DNA of 64,000 nucleotides, taken from positions 6,560,001 to 6,624,000 of the forward strand of contig CM000151.3 in the NCBI GenBank assembly GCA_000004695.1, given 5' to 3'. Positions 37,049-54,399 of the stretch are shown piece after piece. Position numbers and translations under genes: made by a program. The stretch's first letter is position 1; every line of letters begins with the position of its first letter. The notes below the pieces were generated by a model, which made no database searches, had not been told where the DNA came from, and worked only from the letters and a program-made list of their open reading frames with translations. The stretch is from Dictyostelium discoideum (lineage: Eukaryota).

Positions 37049-37375
37049 TATTTTTATAATCCAACAGTAAACTATTTCTTGTTTTATAAGTGCGATGATC
37101 TTTTTTTTTTTTTTGTTAAAAAAAATAAAATAAAAAAAAAAAAAAATAAATCTCCATTTTCACACACAAACCTTCTTTAAAAAAAAAAAAATAATAATAA
37201 TAAAAATCACCTAAATCCATCAATAACCATTTAAATTAATAAACATTAATAAATATAAATAAATAAAAATAAAATATAAATATAAATATAATATAAATAT
37301 TAAAAAAATTAAATAAATATAAATATTAAAAAAAATTAAATAAATAAAATATAAAAAATTAAAAATTAAAGAAAG

Positions 37376-37403
<28 letters not shown>

Positions 37404-37406
<3 letters not shown>

Positions 37407-39572
37407 AAATATCTATTTAGATTTTTTATATTTCTTTTTTGTATAACAAGAATTAATAGTCAAACTGGATGTTTTTTCAGAGAAACAGGAGCCGATTATA
37501 ATATTGACTCAGTATTTTCTGTGTTTTATGTTGACAACCTTTTTAATATATTTGGTATGACCTTTTATATGAAAACTTGTACATATGTAACTTGTGACCC
37601 TTGGAGACAAACAATGATTTGTGGAAACTATAATTCAACTACATTTCAATTGGGACCTTACCAATCACAAAAAGTTACACTTAATAAAAATGGAATTTCC
37701 ATAGAATACCTTTCAGACAAAACTCCACCAAATCATCCATGTCCAACTATTACTACAACTGTAAAATTTATATGCGATAAGAGTGTACTAAGTGTACCCA
37801 AATCCGATTATGATTATGTGGGTACGTGTGGTGTCCAAATTAAATTATTCGCAATCGATTATTGCCAAACATGTTCAAAATGCATAGCATCCCATGGATC
37901 ATGCAACTCGACTAGTGGTTGGTGTACTTGTGATTCCTATACTATGGGTTTAAATTGCGACCAATTAAAAGCATCGATATCGTCGGTTGTGGCACCAACA
38001 ATCGATGGTGGTAGTGTGATAATATCAGGTGATTTTTCAAGTATATATTCCCTTGGTCCAAGTTTAGTGATAACCATTGGTAGTTTAGTTTGTTCTCAAG
38101 TTTCATTCGCTGCAAGTACCACTCAAATTTCTTGTACGATTGGTGCTGGTCAAGGCTACCAAAATCTTACCATATCCGATGGAAGTGGTTCAACATTGCA
38201 ATATAAACAATTTTATTACCATTATCCATGTCAAGAAGATTGCACACCATATGGTACTTGTAATGATGTAATTGGTAAATGTACTTGCAATTATAAATAT
38301 TCAATTGGTGCAGATTGTAAAACTTTAAATTTACAATTAACATCAGTGAAACCCACTCTTTTAGATGGTGGTCAAGCTTATTTGGTTGGTGATTTTTCAA
38401 ATGTTACTGGTTTAACTTTATCTGTTAAAATTGGTATAAAAGAATGTACAGATGTAAATTTCAATGAAACAACATTACAATGTACAATTGGATCAGGCGA
38501 AGGTATTAAAGATATTATTATAACATCAGATCTATTAACATATAGTAAAATTGGTGCATACGAATACCAATATTATACTTGTCCATTAGGTTGTTTACAT
38601 GGTACTTGTAATAAATATAATGGTTTATGTGTTTGTAATAATGGAACTTATGGTGATCAATGTCAATATATTGAATGTCCATTAGATTGTTCAACTCCAA
38701 ATGGTGTGTGTGATAAAGATACTGGTATTTGCGATTGTGATGATAAATACAGTGGTGAAGGTTGTGATTTCATCAAATGTCCATTAGATTGTTCAACTCC
38801 AAATGGTGTATGTGATGGTAAAACTGGTATTTGTAATTGTGATGAAAAACATAGTGGCGATTCATGTCAATTCCTTCAATGTCCATTAAATTGTTCAAAT
38901 CCAAATGGTATATGTAATAGAAATACTGGAATCTGTAGTTGTGATAGTAAATATAGTGGTGAAGGTTGTGATTTCATCAAATGTCCAACAGATTGTTCAA
39001 CACCAAATGGTACATGTGATGGTAAAACTGGTACTTGTAAATGTAACAATCCATACACAGGAGAAAATTGTGATGAAATTGCCAAATGTAAACAAGAATG
39101 TTCTTTAAAACATGGAACTTGTGATAGTCACACATTAGATTGTATATGTGATACTCAAACCAAAGGTTTATCATGTGAAGAATCAAGATTATTAATTGAA
39201 TCAGCCGATCCAACAAGTTTAGATGGTGGTACAACTACAATCACTGGTTATTTTGGTACAACAACATCATTACTATCAATTAAAATAGGTGATTCTCAAT
39301 GTACAAATATTAAAGTAGAGAGCGATACAAAATTAAAATGCGATATTGGTCCAGGTGAAGGAACTCATAATGTAACAGTCACAGATGACGATCTTTCATT
39401 TACTGGTGTTGGTATGTTTCAATATGTGGGTCAAATAAATAAAATATCAAAAATATCTGGTGGTGCAATCGCTGGTATAGCTGCTGGTTGTGTTGTTGGT
39501 GTTTCAGTACTTGGAGCTGGTGGTTATTATCAATATCGTAAAAATAAAAAAATTGAACTTTTTATGTCATAA
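37404..39572 (+). CDS. Type I transmembrane glycoprotein of 722 aa with an N-terminal signal peptide, four IPT/TIG-like repeats interleaved with tenascin-type EGF-like Cys repeats, and a C-terminal TM helix. It is similar to the Tgr/ComC/LagC class. Single exon.
   Basis: The signal peptide is MKYLFRFFIFLFCITRINSQ. There are seven tandem 31-aa repeats of the form CPLDCSTPNGVCDKDTGICDCDDKYSGEGCDFIK (EGF/tenascin-like). IPT/TIG-type beta-sandwich repeats begin with the pattern S..P...DGG..ITI.G.F. The TM helix GGAIAGIAAGCVVGVSVLGAGGYY is followed by the short tail QYRKNKKIELFMS. Confidence 0.75.
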
Positions 39573-40383
39573 TAAAAAAAAAAAAAGTTATGTATATATA
39601 TATATTTATTAATTTTTCTCATTTAAAAATTTAAAAACATATAACAATAAAAAAAAAAAAAGTAAAATAAAATAATAATACTATAGTATTTTTTAAAAAC
39701 ATTTTATAATTTATCTTGTATTTTTATATTATTTGCGTCACACCCTCTTCATTATTGTCACATTGACATAGTATAGCTGGTATTGTTTTAAAACATTGTG
39801 GTCAATTAGTGGTTAACCACATCCTTTGACCATTTTTGAAATTTAAAATCCAATAATTGTATTGGAAATATTCCATTAATGGTTTGTGGTGAATTCCTTC
39901 CACTTTTTTTTCTGGAAATCTCCAAAAACATTTAATTTTATTTTTATTTTATTTTTTTTTTAAAATGATTTTGGTTTTTTTGTTTTGGATTATCCTCAAA
40001 AAAAATCAAATAATTTATATAATATATTTTTTTTTTTTTTTGGAATATCAAATCTGACCAAATAATTTACGATACACAATTTTTTTTTTTTATTTTTTTT
40101 TTTTTATTTTATTTTATTTTTTTGGAAATTCATCTATAAATAAATTAAGGTTTAAAAATAATAATTTAAAATCAATTATTGGTTAGGAAAAAAAAAAAAA
40201 AATAAAAAAAAAAAAATAAAAAATAAAAAAAAAATAAAAAAAAAATAAAAAAAATTTTCAAAAATACGAACGAAGACGTTTTTCAAAAAAAAAAAAAAAA
40301 AAAAAACGATTAATTTTCAGCATTTCTCATAAATTATCTTTTTTTTTTTTCTTTTTTTAAATAACCAAAAAAACAACAACAAA

Positions 40384-41660
40384 ATGATAAGATATGTTGA
40401 ATGTGAACCAGTAACAGATGATGAAGAATTTCAAGATGAACAACCAATTCAAAAAGTTGAACCAAAAGCACCATCAAGAAAATTAAAAACTGTTTTCAAA
40501 CCAGATTATGAAATTGGATCATTATTTACAGGTGGTTCATTAAGAATTTCTGAAGATTCAAAATTTATTGTATCACAAGCCGGTTATGAAATTAAAATTA
40601 TTGATACAGAGCATGGTACTGTAATTTCAAAAATTGAAAGTGTAATGTATTATTATTATTATTATTATTATTATCATATAGTCAGAATGTAAAGTTGAAT
40701 ATAAAATATTAATATTATTATTATTAGGATACAAAAATATCAACATTTGCACTTAGCCCAAATAATGAAGAGATTTTAATAGGTTGTTCAAATTTACAAA
40801 TAAAACAATATAGAATTGAGGATCAATCATTAGTTAAAATTTGGAAAGGACATGAAGGTCCAATCAATGAAATTGATATTCATTCAAGTGGAAATATAGT
40901 TGCATCAGCATCATCAGATAAAACCGTTAAAGTTTGGGATTTAGAAAAAGGTTATTGTACTCATAACTTTCAACATGATGATGTTGTAACAATGTTAAAA
41001 TTTCATCCAACTTTATTAAAATTAGTTACTGTTTGTTTAGATTTAAATATTAGAGTTTATGATTTAGTTACAAAAGAATGGTAAAATTATTTTTATTTTT
41101 TAAAATAATTATTATTATTATAATTAAAATTTCTCATTTTTTATTAACAACAACAACAACAACAACAACAATAATAATAAATTATTATATTTAGTGTTAT
41201 TTTAACAAATCATTTATCACAAATTTCAGGTATTACATTTTCAAATAGTGGTAAAGAATTAATTTCATCAGGTAGAGATAAAGTATTGAATGTTTGGGAT
41301 ATGCTATCAAAGAATCCAAAGAAAACAATTCCAATCTATCAAGAATTAGGTGGAATAATTACATTACCAAAGGAATCATATAATTCATTACCAGAAAATA
41401 GTAAAATTAAAATTGAAAAGATTAGAGAAAAAGTTAAAACAATGGCAGCACATGCTGATAAAATTAAAAATGGTGATGATATTACAATTGTAATTGGTGG
41501 TGAAGAAGTTTTAAGAGCATGGTGTACAGAAACTGGTGAATGTATTTGGAATGATCAAAATATTGAATTTAAAAAGAAAACTGATAATGATGATAAAGAT
41601 AAAACTGATACTTTATATACAATTTCTTCAATTATGTAAGTAATTTTTTATAATTTTTAA

Positions 41661-41720
<60 letters not shown>

Positions 41721-43408
41721 TAATTATTTAATACTATAATAATAATAATAGTAATAATAAAGATAAAATTATAAGTATAACATCGGAACATAATTTATTA
41801 ATTTATAATGGTAAAACATTAGAAAGACAAGGTGAGATTATTGGATATAATGATGAAATTATTGATATTAAATATATTAATGATGATAATATTATTGTTG
41901 CAACCAATTCAAATGAAATTAAAACTTATGATTTAAATACAAAGAGAGCACAAGTTTTGAGAGGTCATGAAGATTTAGTTATGTCAGTTGATGTAAGTGC
42001 CGATGGTAAACATATTATTTCAGGTTCAAGAGATAAGAGTGCAATGATTTGGGATTTGGAAAAGAAAGAATCAATTGCTCAATTGACAGGTCATACTGGT
42101 GTTATTTCATGTGTTGCATTACCAAAGAAACCTTCAACTTCAATGTTTGCAATTACAGCATCAGATGATCGTACAATTAAATTATGGAAAGGTTTTTCAA
42201 CAACATCATCATCTGGCGGCGATGACAGCAAGAAAAAAGATAAAAAAATTTCAGCATCAGTTACAAAGATTGCACATGAAAAAGATATAAATTCAATTTC
42301 AATTGCACCAAATGATAAAATCTTTGCAACTGCATCACAAGATTCATATGTAAAATTATGGAATGTAAATAATTTGGAACCAATTACATCAATTAAAGCA
42401 CATCGTAGAGGTGTATGGCATGTTGAATTCTCACCAATTGATCAATGCTTTTTAACTTGTTCCGCTGATGGTACAATTAAGATTTGGTCACTTTCAGATT
42501 ATACATGTTTAAAGACATTGGAAGGTCATAAAGGTTCAGTATTAAAAGCATCATTCATTAGTTTCGGTATGCAAATCGTATCGGTTGCATCTGAGGGTTT
42601 AATTAAACTTTGGAATATTAAAACCAATGAATGTTTAAATACTTTTGAAGGTCATGAATCAAAGATTTGGGCATTATCAGTTGCAAAAGATCAAGAACGT
42701 TTCATTACTGGTGGTTCAGATTCAAAACTTATCGCTTGGAAAGATCATACTGAAATCGAATTGGAAATTCAAAAGAAGAAAGAAGAGAACCAAGTTTTAT
42801 ATAAACAACATTTAGATACAGCCATTAGAAAGAAAGATTATTATAGTGCTTTGAAATTAGCATTGGTATTGGATCAACCAAGACAAACTTTAAATATTTT
42901 TAACTCAATGTACTATGATGATCAATCCATTGGTGAATCTGTTATTCAAGGTTGTATTGGTCGTTTATCACCAAATGAAGTTGTAAAATGTTTACGTTTT
43001 ATTCGTGATTGGAATACAAATTCAAAGTTTGTTTCAATCTCTCAAATCGTTTTAAATTCAATTATCACATCCTTTAAACCAGATGAACTTTCAAAATTAT
43101 CTGTTGGTGAAATGCCAAAACTTTTAGAATCAATTATACCTTACACTGATAGACATTTCCAAAGAATTGATAAAATGTTACAAAAAACTTATCTAATCGA
43201 TTTTACAATTCAATCAATTAATCCTGCTGCAAGTACTCTCTCAATGGATCGTGTTGAAACTTCACATATTGATCAAAATTATAAAAAATCTTTAGATCAA
43301 TTAATTAAAGAACCAACTAAACCAATGAAAAAATCAATTCAAACTCCAACAAGTCAAAAGAAAAAAGAAAAAAAGAAAACTTTTTTCAAATCAAATGCAA
43401 ATAAATAA
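40384..43408 (+). CDS. U3 snoRNP protein UTP13 / transducin beta-like 3 (WD40 repeats plus a Utp13 C-terminal domain) of about 902 aa in 4 exons: join(40384..40641, 40728..41080, 41195..41635, 41752..43408).
   Basis: It has multiple WD repeats (GHEGPINEIDIHSSGNIVASASSDKTVKVWDL, ISGITFSNSGKELISSGRDKVLNVWDM, LRGHEDLVMSVDVSADGKHIISGSRDKSAMIWDL, GHKGSVLKASF...KLWNI). The C-terminal region LYKQHLDTAIRKKDYYSALKLALVLDQPRQTLNIFN...VKCLRFIRDWNTNSKFVSISQIVLNSII matches the Utp13-specific domain. I had to move intron 2's acceptor to atatttag at 41193..41194 to restore the WD repeat ECVILTNHLSQISGITFSNSG and keep the frame; the ORF track alone suggests a different boundary. Confidence 0.8.
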
Positions 43409-43654
43409 AATAAATTAAAATAAATAAAATAAAATAAAATAAAATAAATAAAAAAAAAAAAAAAAAAAAAATTATAAAAAATAATATCCATTTAAATTTT
43501 AATTTGTTATTTTATTTATTTATTAATAGTAATGAATAAAAAGAAATTTATTTATATTTTATTATTATTATTATTATTTTTTTTTTTTTTTTTTTTATTT
43601 CTAAAAACAATAAGATAATATAAAATAAAATTATAATTTATTTATTTATTTATT

Positions 43655-48085
<4,431 letters not shown>

Positions 48086-48276
48086 TTTTTTTTTTTAAAT
48101 AACTTTGTGTTGGGTGAAAATAAAAAAAAAAAATATAAAAAAAATAATATTGAAAAAACAATTAGTAAAAATAATTGAAAAAAAAAAAAATAAAAAATAA
48201 AAAAAAATAAAAAATAAACCACCCATCCCAAAATATCTGAAAATTTTCTTTTGAATTTGTAACAAATCTGTGTGTG

Positions 48277-48303
<27 letters not shown>

Positions 48304-48307
<4 letters not shown>

Positions 48308-49335
48308 TTTAAATAAAGTAAAGTTGAAATTAAAACTGATAAAAATGTAGTTGAGAAAATGAATAATGATTTATATGGGTTTCTAGTTATATATAATAGT
48401 AAAGAATTATTTATAGCTCTGGCACTTGGTATTGGTGATGAACCAGTTAACCTTTTTAAAAGGTCAGAGGTAATATCTAAAGTTAAACCCCATAATCTAA
48501 ATTGATAATTTGATACAATTGGTAACATTAAATAAGGTACATATAAATGATCACAAATCTTTCTTAATAAATAATTTGATTTTAAACTCTTTGAAATTGT
48601 AATCTCTGATACTGTTGTAAATTGAATTTTATTCATAGCATCACTATTTTTATTTTTATTTTTATTTTTATTTTTATTTTTATTTTCACTTTCTCTACTA
48701 TTTAAAATGTAATCTAAATTTACCCAACCATAATCAACCAATTCATTTGGTGATAATATAATTTTAGGAGTCTCTTTACAAAGTTGTAAATAGATGAATG
48801 AATGTACACCAATTTGATCATATGTAAATTTGTCATCTAATTGACCTATTAATGTGAAATTATTTGTTACTTTTAAATCGATTGAAACCTCTTCTAATGT
48901 TTCTCTTTCTGCAGCTTCTTGTTCAGTTTCATTCAATTCAATTTTACCACCTGGGAAACAAACTTCACCATTATTACCATTTCTACTAAACCTTTTTAAA
49001 TATAATAATTCTAATGGTATATAATTATCATTCTTTGATAACAAACTATTGTTATTATTATTATTATTACTTTGATCTTTATGATTAATAAGTGATTGAA
49101 TAAAAGTATTTATACATTTTTCTTTATGATCATTTCTTTTACTATTGCAAATACATTTAAATGAACAATGATTAAAAATATCGTTATATTTTGAATCAAC
49201 TCTTAAGATTACTGCTACACTAGCATTTTTTCTTTTACTATTGTTGTTACTATTCTTTGTTGCATTATAAAATTGTTGTTTTCCAATTGATATTCTTGAA
49301 TTTTTAAAAAGATTTGGTATTAAATTAATAGACAT
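48304..49335 (-). CDS. Nudix hydrolase family protein of about 343 aa. The start is at the Met of MSINLIPNLFKNSRISIGKQQFY. The poly-Phe N-terminus of the tracked ORF is upstream poly(A) read through.
   Basis: The Nudix box is GEVCFPGGKIELNETEQEAAERETLEEVS, which matches Gx5Ex7REUxEExGU. The region before it (AVILRVDS...) is typical of the CoA-pyrophosphatase-like subgroup. The C-terminus has a KNKNKNKN repeat. Confidence 0.7.
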
Positions 49336-49740
49336 TTTTATAATAAATAAATAAATAAATAAATAAAAAATAAATAAAAGTTGAATATGTTTAAAAAATA
49401 AAAAAAAAAAAAAAAAAAAAAAATAAAAAAACAAAAAAAAAAAAAAAATAAAAAAATTAATTGAAAAATAAAAAAAAAAAAAAGAAATTAAATAGAATAA
49501 ACAATTCAATCAAACTTTATATAAAATTAGAATTGTTTTTTTTTTTATTTTTTTTTTTATCAATGCATTTTTTTATTTTTTTTATTTTTTTTTTTTTTTT
49601 TAAAATCAATTTTTAAATTTAATGATTATCATTTATTAATGTCAAATTTGAATATTTGAAAAAAAATATAAATAAAAAATAAAGAAAAAAGGTAATAACC
49701 ATTTAATTTAATTTTTTTATTCCATCCACTCATTTATCTT

Positions 49741-49780
<40 letters not shown>

Positions 49781-50187
49781 TTTCAGTTCGCATCAGAAGA
49801 ACATTGATAGAATGATTTGGAATAAAAAAAAAAAAAAAAAAAAAAAAAATGGGGTTTTACAAATATTTTATAATATGATTATAAAATTTAGGATGTTAAA
49901 TTCTAATTGATTAAAAAAAAAAAAATTAAAAAAAAAAAAAAATTAAAAAAAATAAATCAACTGTTTAAATTTTTAACGAATATTCCATTCATTCCTCAAG
50001 GATTTAGATTTTTTTTTATTTTTTATTTTTTTTAATTTTTTTTTTATTTATTTTTTTTTTTTAGAAAATTTTTAGCAAAAACAGAACCAAAAGAATTTAA
50101 TTTTATTTTTTATTTTTTTTTTTTTTTTTTATTTTTATCTTATTTTTTTATTTTATACATCATCAATCAAATTAAAAACATTTACAA

Positions 50188-50281
50188 ATGATGGTATGAA
50201 ATTTCAAAATTGAAAAAAAAAAAAAAAAAAAAAAAAATAGAAAATAAAAAATAAAAAGAATTGTAGTTGTAGGACTAACTT

Positions 50282-50318
<37 letters not shown>

Positions 50319-51499
50319 TTTAAAAAAAATTAAAAATATTAGACCACAGAAGATGTACAACCAATTGAAACTACCAAAGATGGTGTAGTAGTATTAAATT
50401 ATAGCGATTTAATTGCAGGTAAAGATTTATCAGACTCAATTGAAAAAGCCTATGGTTACAGTGGTCATGGTTTATTAGTTGTTAAAGGTATTCCATCAAT
50501 TGTTGAATTACGTGAAAGATTATTAAATCTTGCACCAAGATATTCAGCACTTCCAGATGAAATCAAAGAAAAAAGTGTACACAAAGAAAGTAATTTCTCA
50601 TTTGGTTGGAGTCATGGTAAAGAAATTTTAAGACCAGGTGTATTTGGTAAGTGGTACTATTTTTTTTATTTTTTTTTATTTTATTTTAAATAAAATATTA
50701 ATCAAATATATATATTTTAGATGAATATAAAGGATCATATTATAATAATCCACAATATGATCAACCATTTGAAGATGAAAAAATGATTAAAGAATTTCCA
50801 GAATCATGTCACCCAAATATTTGGCCAGTTGAAGATTTTCCAGAGATGAGACAAGCATTTATGGAATTAGGTCAAACCATTGTAAATGTTGGACAATTGG
50901 TAGCAAGACAATGTGATAAGTATACAGTTAAACAATGTGAAGATTATAAAGCAGATACATTGGAAACAGTGATTAAGGAGTCATTGACATGTAAAGCACG
51001 TCTATTATACTATTTCCCAATCAATGAGGATCAATCTGAGAGATCAAGAGACTCATGGTGCGGTTGGCATAATGATCATAGTTCATTGACTGGTTTATGT
51101 CCAGCAATGTATTTTACAATGTCTGAAGATGGCAAACTTGTTGTCAACTCTGATATCCCATGTCCAGATGCCGAAGCTGGTTTATATGCAAAATCACGTG
51201 ATGAAAAAGAAGTTAAAATCGCAATTCCAAAAGATTGTATCGCCTATCAAATCGGTGAATGTTCACAAATTCAAACTGGTGGTCTCTTAAGAGCTACACC
51301 ACATGCAGTTCAAGCTATTAAATATCCAGAAAGTAAAAATGTTGGTCGTGGTACTTTTGCTGTCTTTATGCAACCAAACGTTGATGTTGTTTTAAATACT
51401 CCAAAAGGAAAAGAAAATACTTTTGTTGGTCAGTATAAACCTGGTATGAATTTTGCTGAATTCTCAAAAGTAACAATCGAAAATTATTATTCTGAATAA
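50188..51499 (+). CDS. 2-oxoglutarate/Fe(II)-dependent dioxygenase superfamily protein of about 362 aa. The proposed model has 3 exons: join(50188..50193, 50343..50646, 50721..51499).
   Basis: Exon 3 carries the H-x-D...H iron-binding pattern (SWCGWHNDHSSLTGL and a later ATPHAV) and an RxS-like region. Exon 2 (TTEDVQPIETTKDGVVVLNYSDLIAGKDLSDSIEKAYGYSGHGLLVVKGIPSIVELRERLLNLAP...) is open but has no in-frame ATG. The proposed start is therefore the 6-nt micro-exon ATGATG|gtatga at 50188..50193, joined to the tattag acceptor at 50341..50342. Exons 2 and 3 join through TTTG|gtaagt and ttttag (phase 1). Confidence 0.6.
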
Positions 51500-52089
51500 A
51501 TAAAAAAAAAAAAAATAAAAAAAAAAATATAATTTTTTAAAAAAAAATAAAAAAACTACAAATGTAAACTGCCAATAAATTAATATAAATTAATTAATTT
51601 ATTGGTGGTTAATTTTATTAAATTTTGTTGAAAATTTAAGAACAAAAGGTTTTAAATTACCAATAATTATTTTCAAGATTTTTTTTTTTTTTTTTAATAC
51701 TATGTATTTGTTTTTTTAATTTTTTTTTACAACAGAATAAATAATAATAAAAATAATAAATAATAATAATAAAAAAACAATTATAATTGTTTAGGTTTCT
51801 CAATTTTTTTTTTTTTTCGTTTTTTTACAAAATATTTTTTTTTGAATTTTTTTATTTTTTTTTTTATTTTTTTTTTTTATTTTCATTTTTTTTGAATTTT
51901 TTTTTTTATTTTGATCATTTTTTTTTTTTAATTGTTGTTCATTCTTTTTTTCACACTTTTAAAACAATATTAATATTTTTTAAAACGTGGGGTTGTTTAT
52001 TTATTTTTTTTTTTTATTTTTTAAAAATTTTTATCCACATAAAAATATTTTTAGCACTTTAAAAGAAATAAAATATATAAATATATAAG

Positions 52090-52261
52090 ATGTATCAAGT
52101 TACAAAAGCAATTAAAAAAGTTTCACCAGTTTGTAAAAATGGTTTGAAATCAACATCATTATATATCAATACCAATACAAATAGTAGAATGTCAATTAGA
52201 AGTTATGCAAATGCAAATCCATCAAATATTGCTTCAACTACCTTTGCAAAGTATATAATCA

Positions 52262-52302
<41 letters not shown>

Positions 52303-52404
52303 TTCATAATAATTTTGAGATATCTCTCAATTTTGTTATATTTATTTTTATTTTTTTTAAAAACTAATCATTATATAAATATTTTATTTATATTGTAATG
52401 ATTA

Positions 52405-52450
<46 letters not shown>

Positions 52451-54240
52451 TTTAATCAATAAAATATAAAATTTTTAAAATATATATATATACTAATTTA
52501 TTATTATTATTATTATTATTTAGTACACCAATGGGAGTTTTTGCAGATCAATTATTTTTACAACCAATTAACCCAGCAACAATTAGACCAATTACAGATT
52601 TAAGAATTGATACAAAATTTTCATTGAAAAAAAAGTTTGATAGAGCATTTTTAAAGAAGGATGAATGGAAGAATGTACCATTAGAAGAGAAAAAGAATAT
52701 GATTGTAAAGTTTAGAGATTTATTGATTGCCAATACAGATAAGATGTCAAAAGATTTAACCGAAGAAACTGGTAAACCAATTTCCCAAGCCAAGAATGAA
52801 GTTTTAGCAGTTATTGATCGTATTGAATTCTTTTTAGGTAATGTAGACAAAGTTTTAGCAGAACAAATCGTTAGAACCACAGACAAATTCCAAGAGAAAT
52901 TAGTCAAAGAACCATTGGGTATTATTGCAAACATTTCCGCATGGAATTATCCAATTTTCATTGGTCTCAATGTTATCATTCCAGCATTGTTAACTGGTAA
53001 CTGTGTACTCTATAAACCATCAGAATTCTCATCATTGACTGGTATCAACATTGCAGAATTCCTTTATGAAGCAGGTGTTCCAAGAGAAGTGTTCCAAGTT
53101 GTATTGGGTAAATCTGTGATCTCTCAATCCTTATTGAATCTTCCAATCGATGGTGTTTTCTTCACTGGTAGTCATGCTACTGGTCAAAAGATCTCTCAAA
53201 CATTGGCTGGTCGTATGGTTAAAACTCAATTGGAATTGGGTGGTAAGGACGCCGTTTACGTTCACTCTTCCGCCGATCTCAAGACTGCCATCGCTTCAAT
53301 CGCTGATGGTGCCATGTATAACAGTGGTCAAAGTTGTTGCTCTGTCGAGAGAATCTATGTAGATAAATCAATTTACAACACTTTTATCGATGATTTGGTT
53401 GAAGTTGTCAAACGTTTCAAATTCAGTTTTGATCCAATGAATCCAAAGACTTACTTTGGTCCATTAACTAGAGGTATGGCTCAAGTTGAACATTTACAAA
53501 GATTGATTGGTTCCGCTTTGAAACGTGGTGCTATCCTCGAGTTGGGTGGTAATGTCCTTGATAATGCCCCAGGTTATTTCTTTGCTCCAACCGTTATTTC
53601 AAATGTTCACCATGGTATGGATATTCAAAGAGAGGAATTATTTGGTCCTGTCGTTACAATTCAACCAGTTAGTGGTCCTGCTGAGGCTGCTCTCTTAATG
53701 AATGATACCCCATTCGGTCTCACTGGTTCAGTTTACAGTCAAGATCCACATGTTGCAAATTATATCGCCGAAAAATCAAATACTGGTACTGTCTATTGGA
53801 ATTCTTGTGATAGAGTTTCCCCATATCTCCCATGGAGTGGTCGTGGTTACTCTGGTATTGGTACTACACTCGGTATGGAAGGTATCGAATGTTTCACTAA
53901 ACCAAAAGCTCTTCACTTATTCGGTCCAACCCTTGGTTACTTTGGTGAAGCTAAAAACAGTGATATCGTACCAACTAAACCAGCCCATTTGGTTGAAATC
54001 CTTGCAAATAAACAAAAAGAGAAAATTGAATATCAAGACAGTATCGAATCACCACTCGCTCCAATTTACAACTTTGATACCATGGATCTTGGTTATCCAA
54101 TTGAAAATGATGCACTCTTTGCTCCAGATAATGAAAATGACAGTGAAGAATTTGTTAGATCTGCTCTCGAATCTGGTACTATTAGAAAAATTACTAACAA
54201 AAAAGATTATGTTCCAGTCAAATCTGTAAAAGTTGAATGA
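52090..54240 (+). CDS. Aldehyde dehydrogenase (NAD(P)+) family protein of about 625 aa in 2 exons: join(52090..52250, 52524..54240). The N-terminus looks like a mitochondrial presequence and there is a C-terminal extension of about 80 aa.
   Basis: Exon 1 encodes MYQVTKAIKKVSPVCKNGLKSTSLYINTNTNSRMSIRSYANANPSNIASTTFA, which is basic and hydroxylated with no acidic residues. The junction is AA|gtatat and atttag|T, phase 2. Exon 2 carries the ALDH motifs LELGGKDA and YNSGQSCCSVERIYV (the catalytic Cys box F/Y-N-x-G-Q-x-C) and EELFGPV. Third-position C/T codon bias is strong between 53150 and 53900, unlike neighbouring genes, suggesting high expression. Confidence 0.85.
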
Positions 54241-54399
54241 TGATTAAAAAAAAAAAAAATAAATAAAAAAAAAAAAAAATAAAATAAAAAAAAAATTTAA
54301 TAATAAAAAAATAAATTATAATTATAAATATATAAAAGAAAAAAAAAAAAGATATCTATTTAATTATTTTTATTTAATTTTTTTACTATACAATTTAAT

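Noticed and set aside
51787-52062. Plus-strand 91-aa poly-Phe ORF upstream of the ALDH gene.
   Set aside because: It is a T-rich promoter tract with no coding character.
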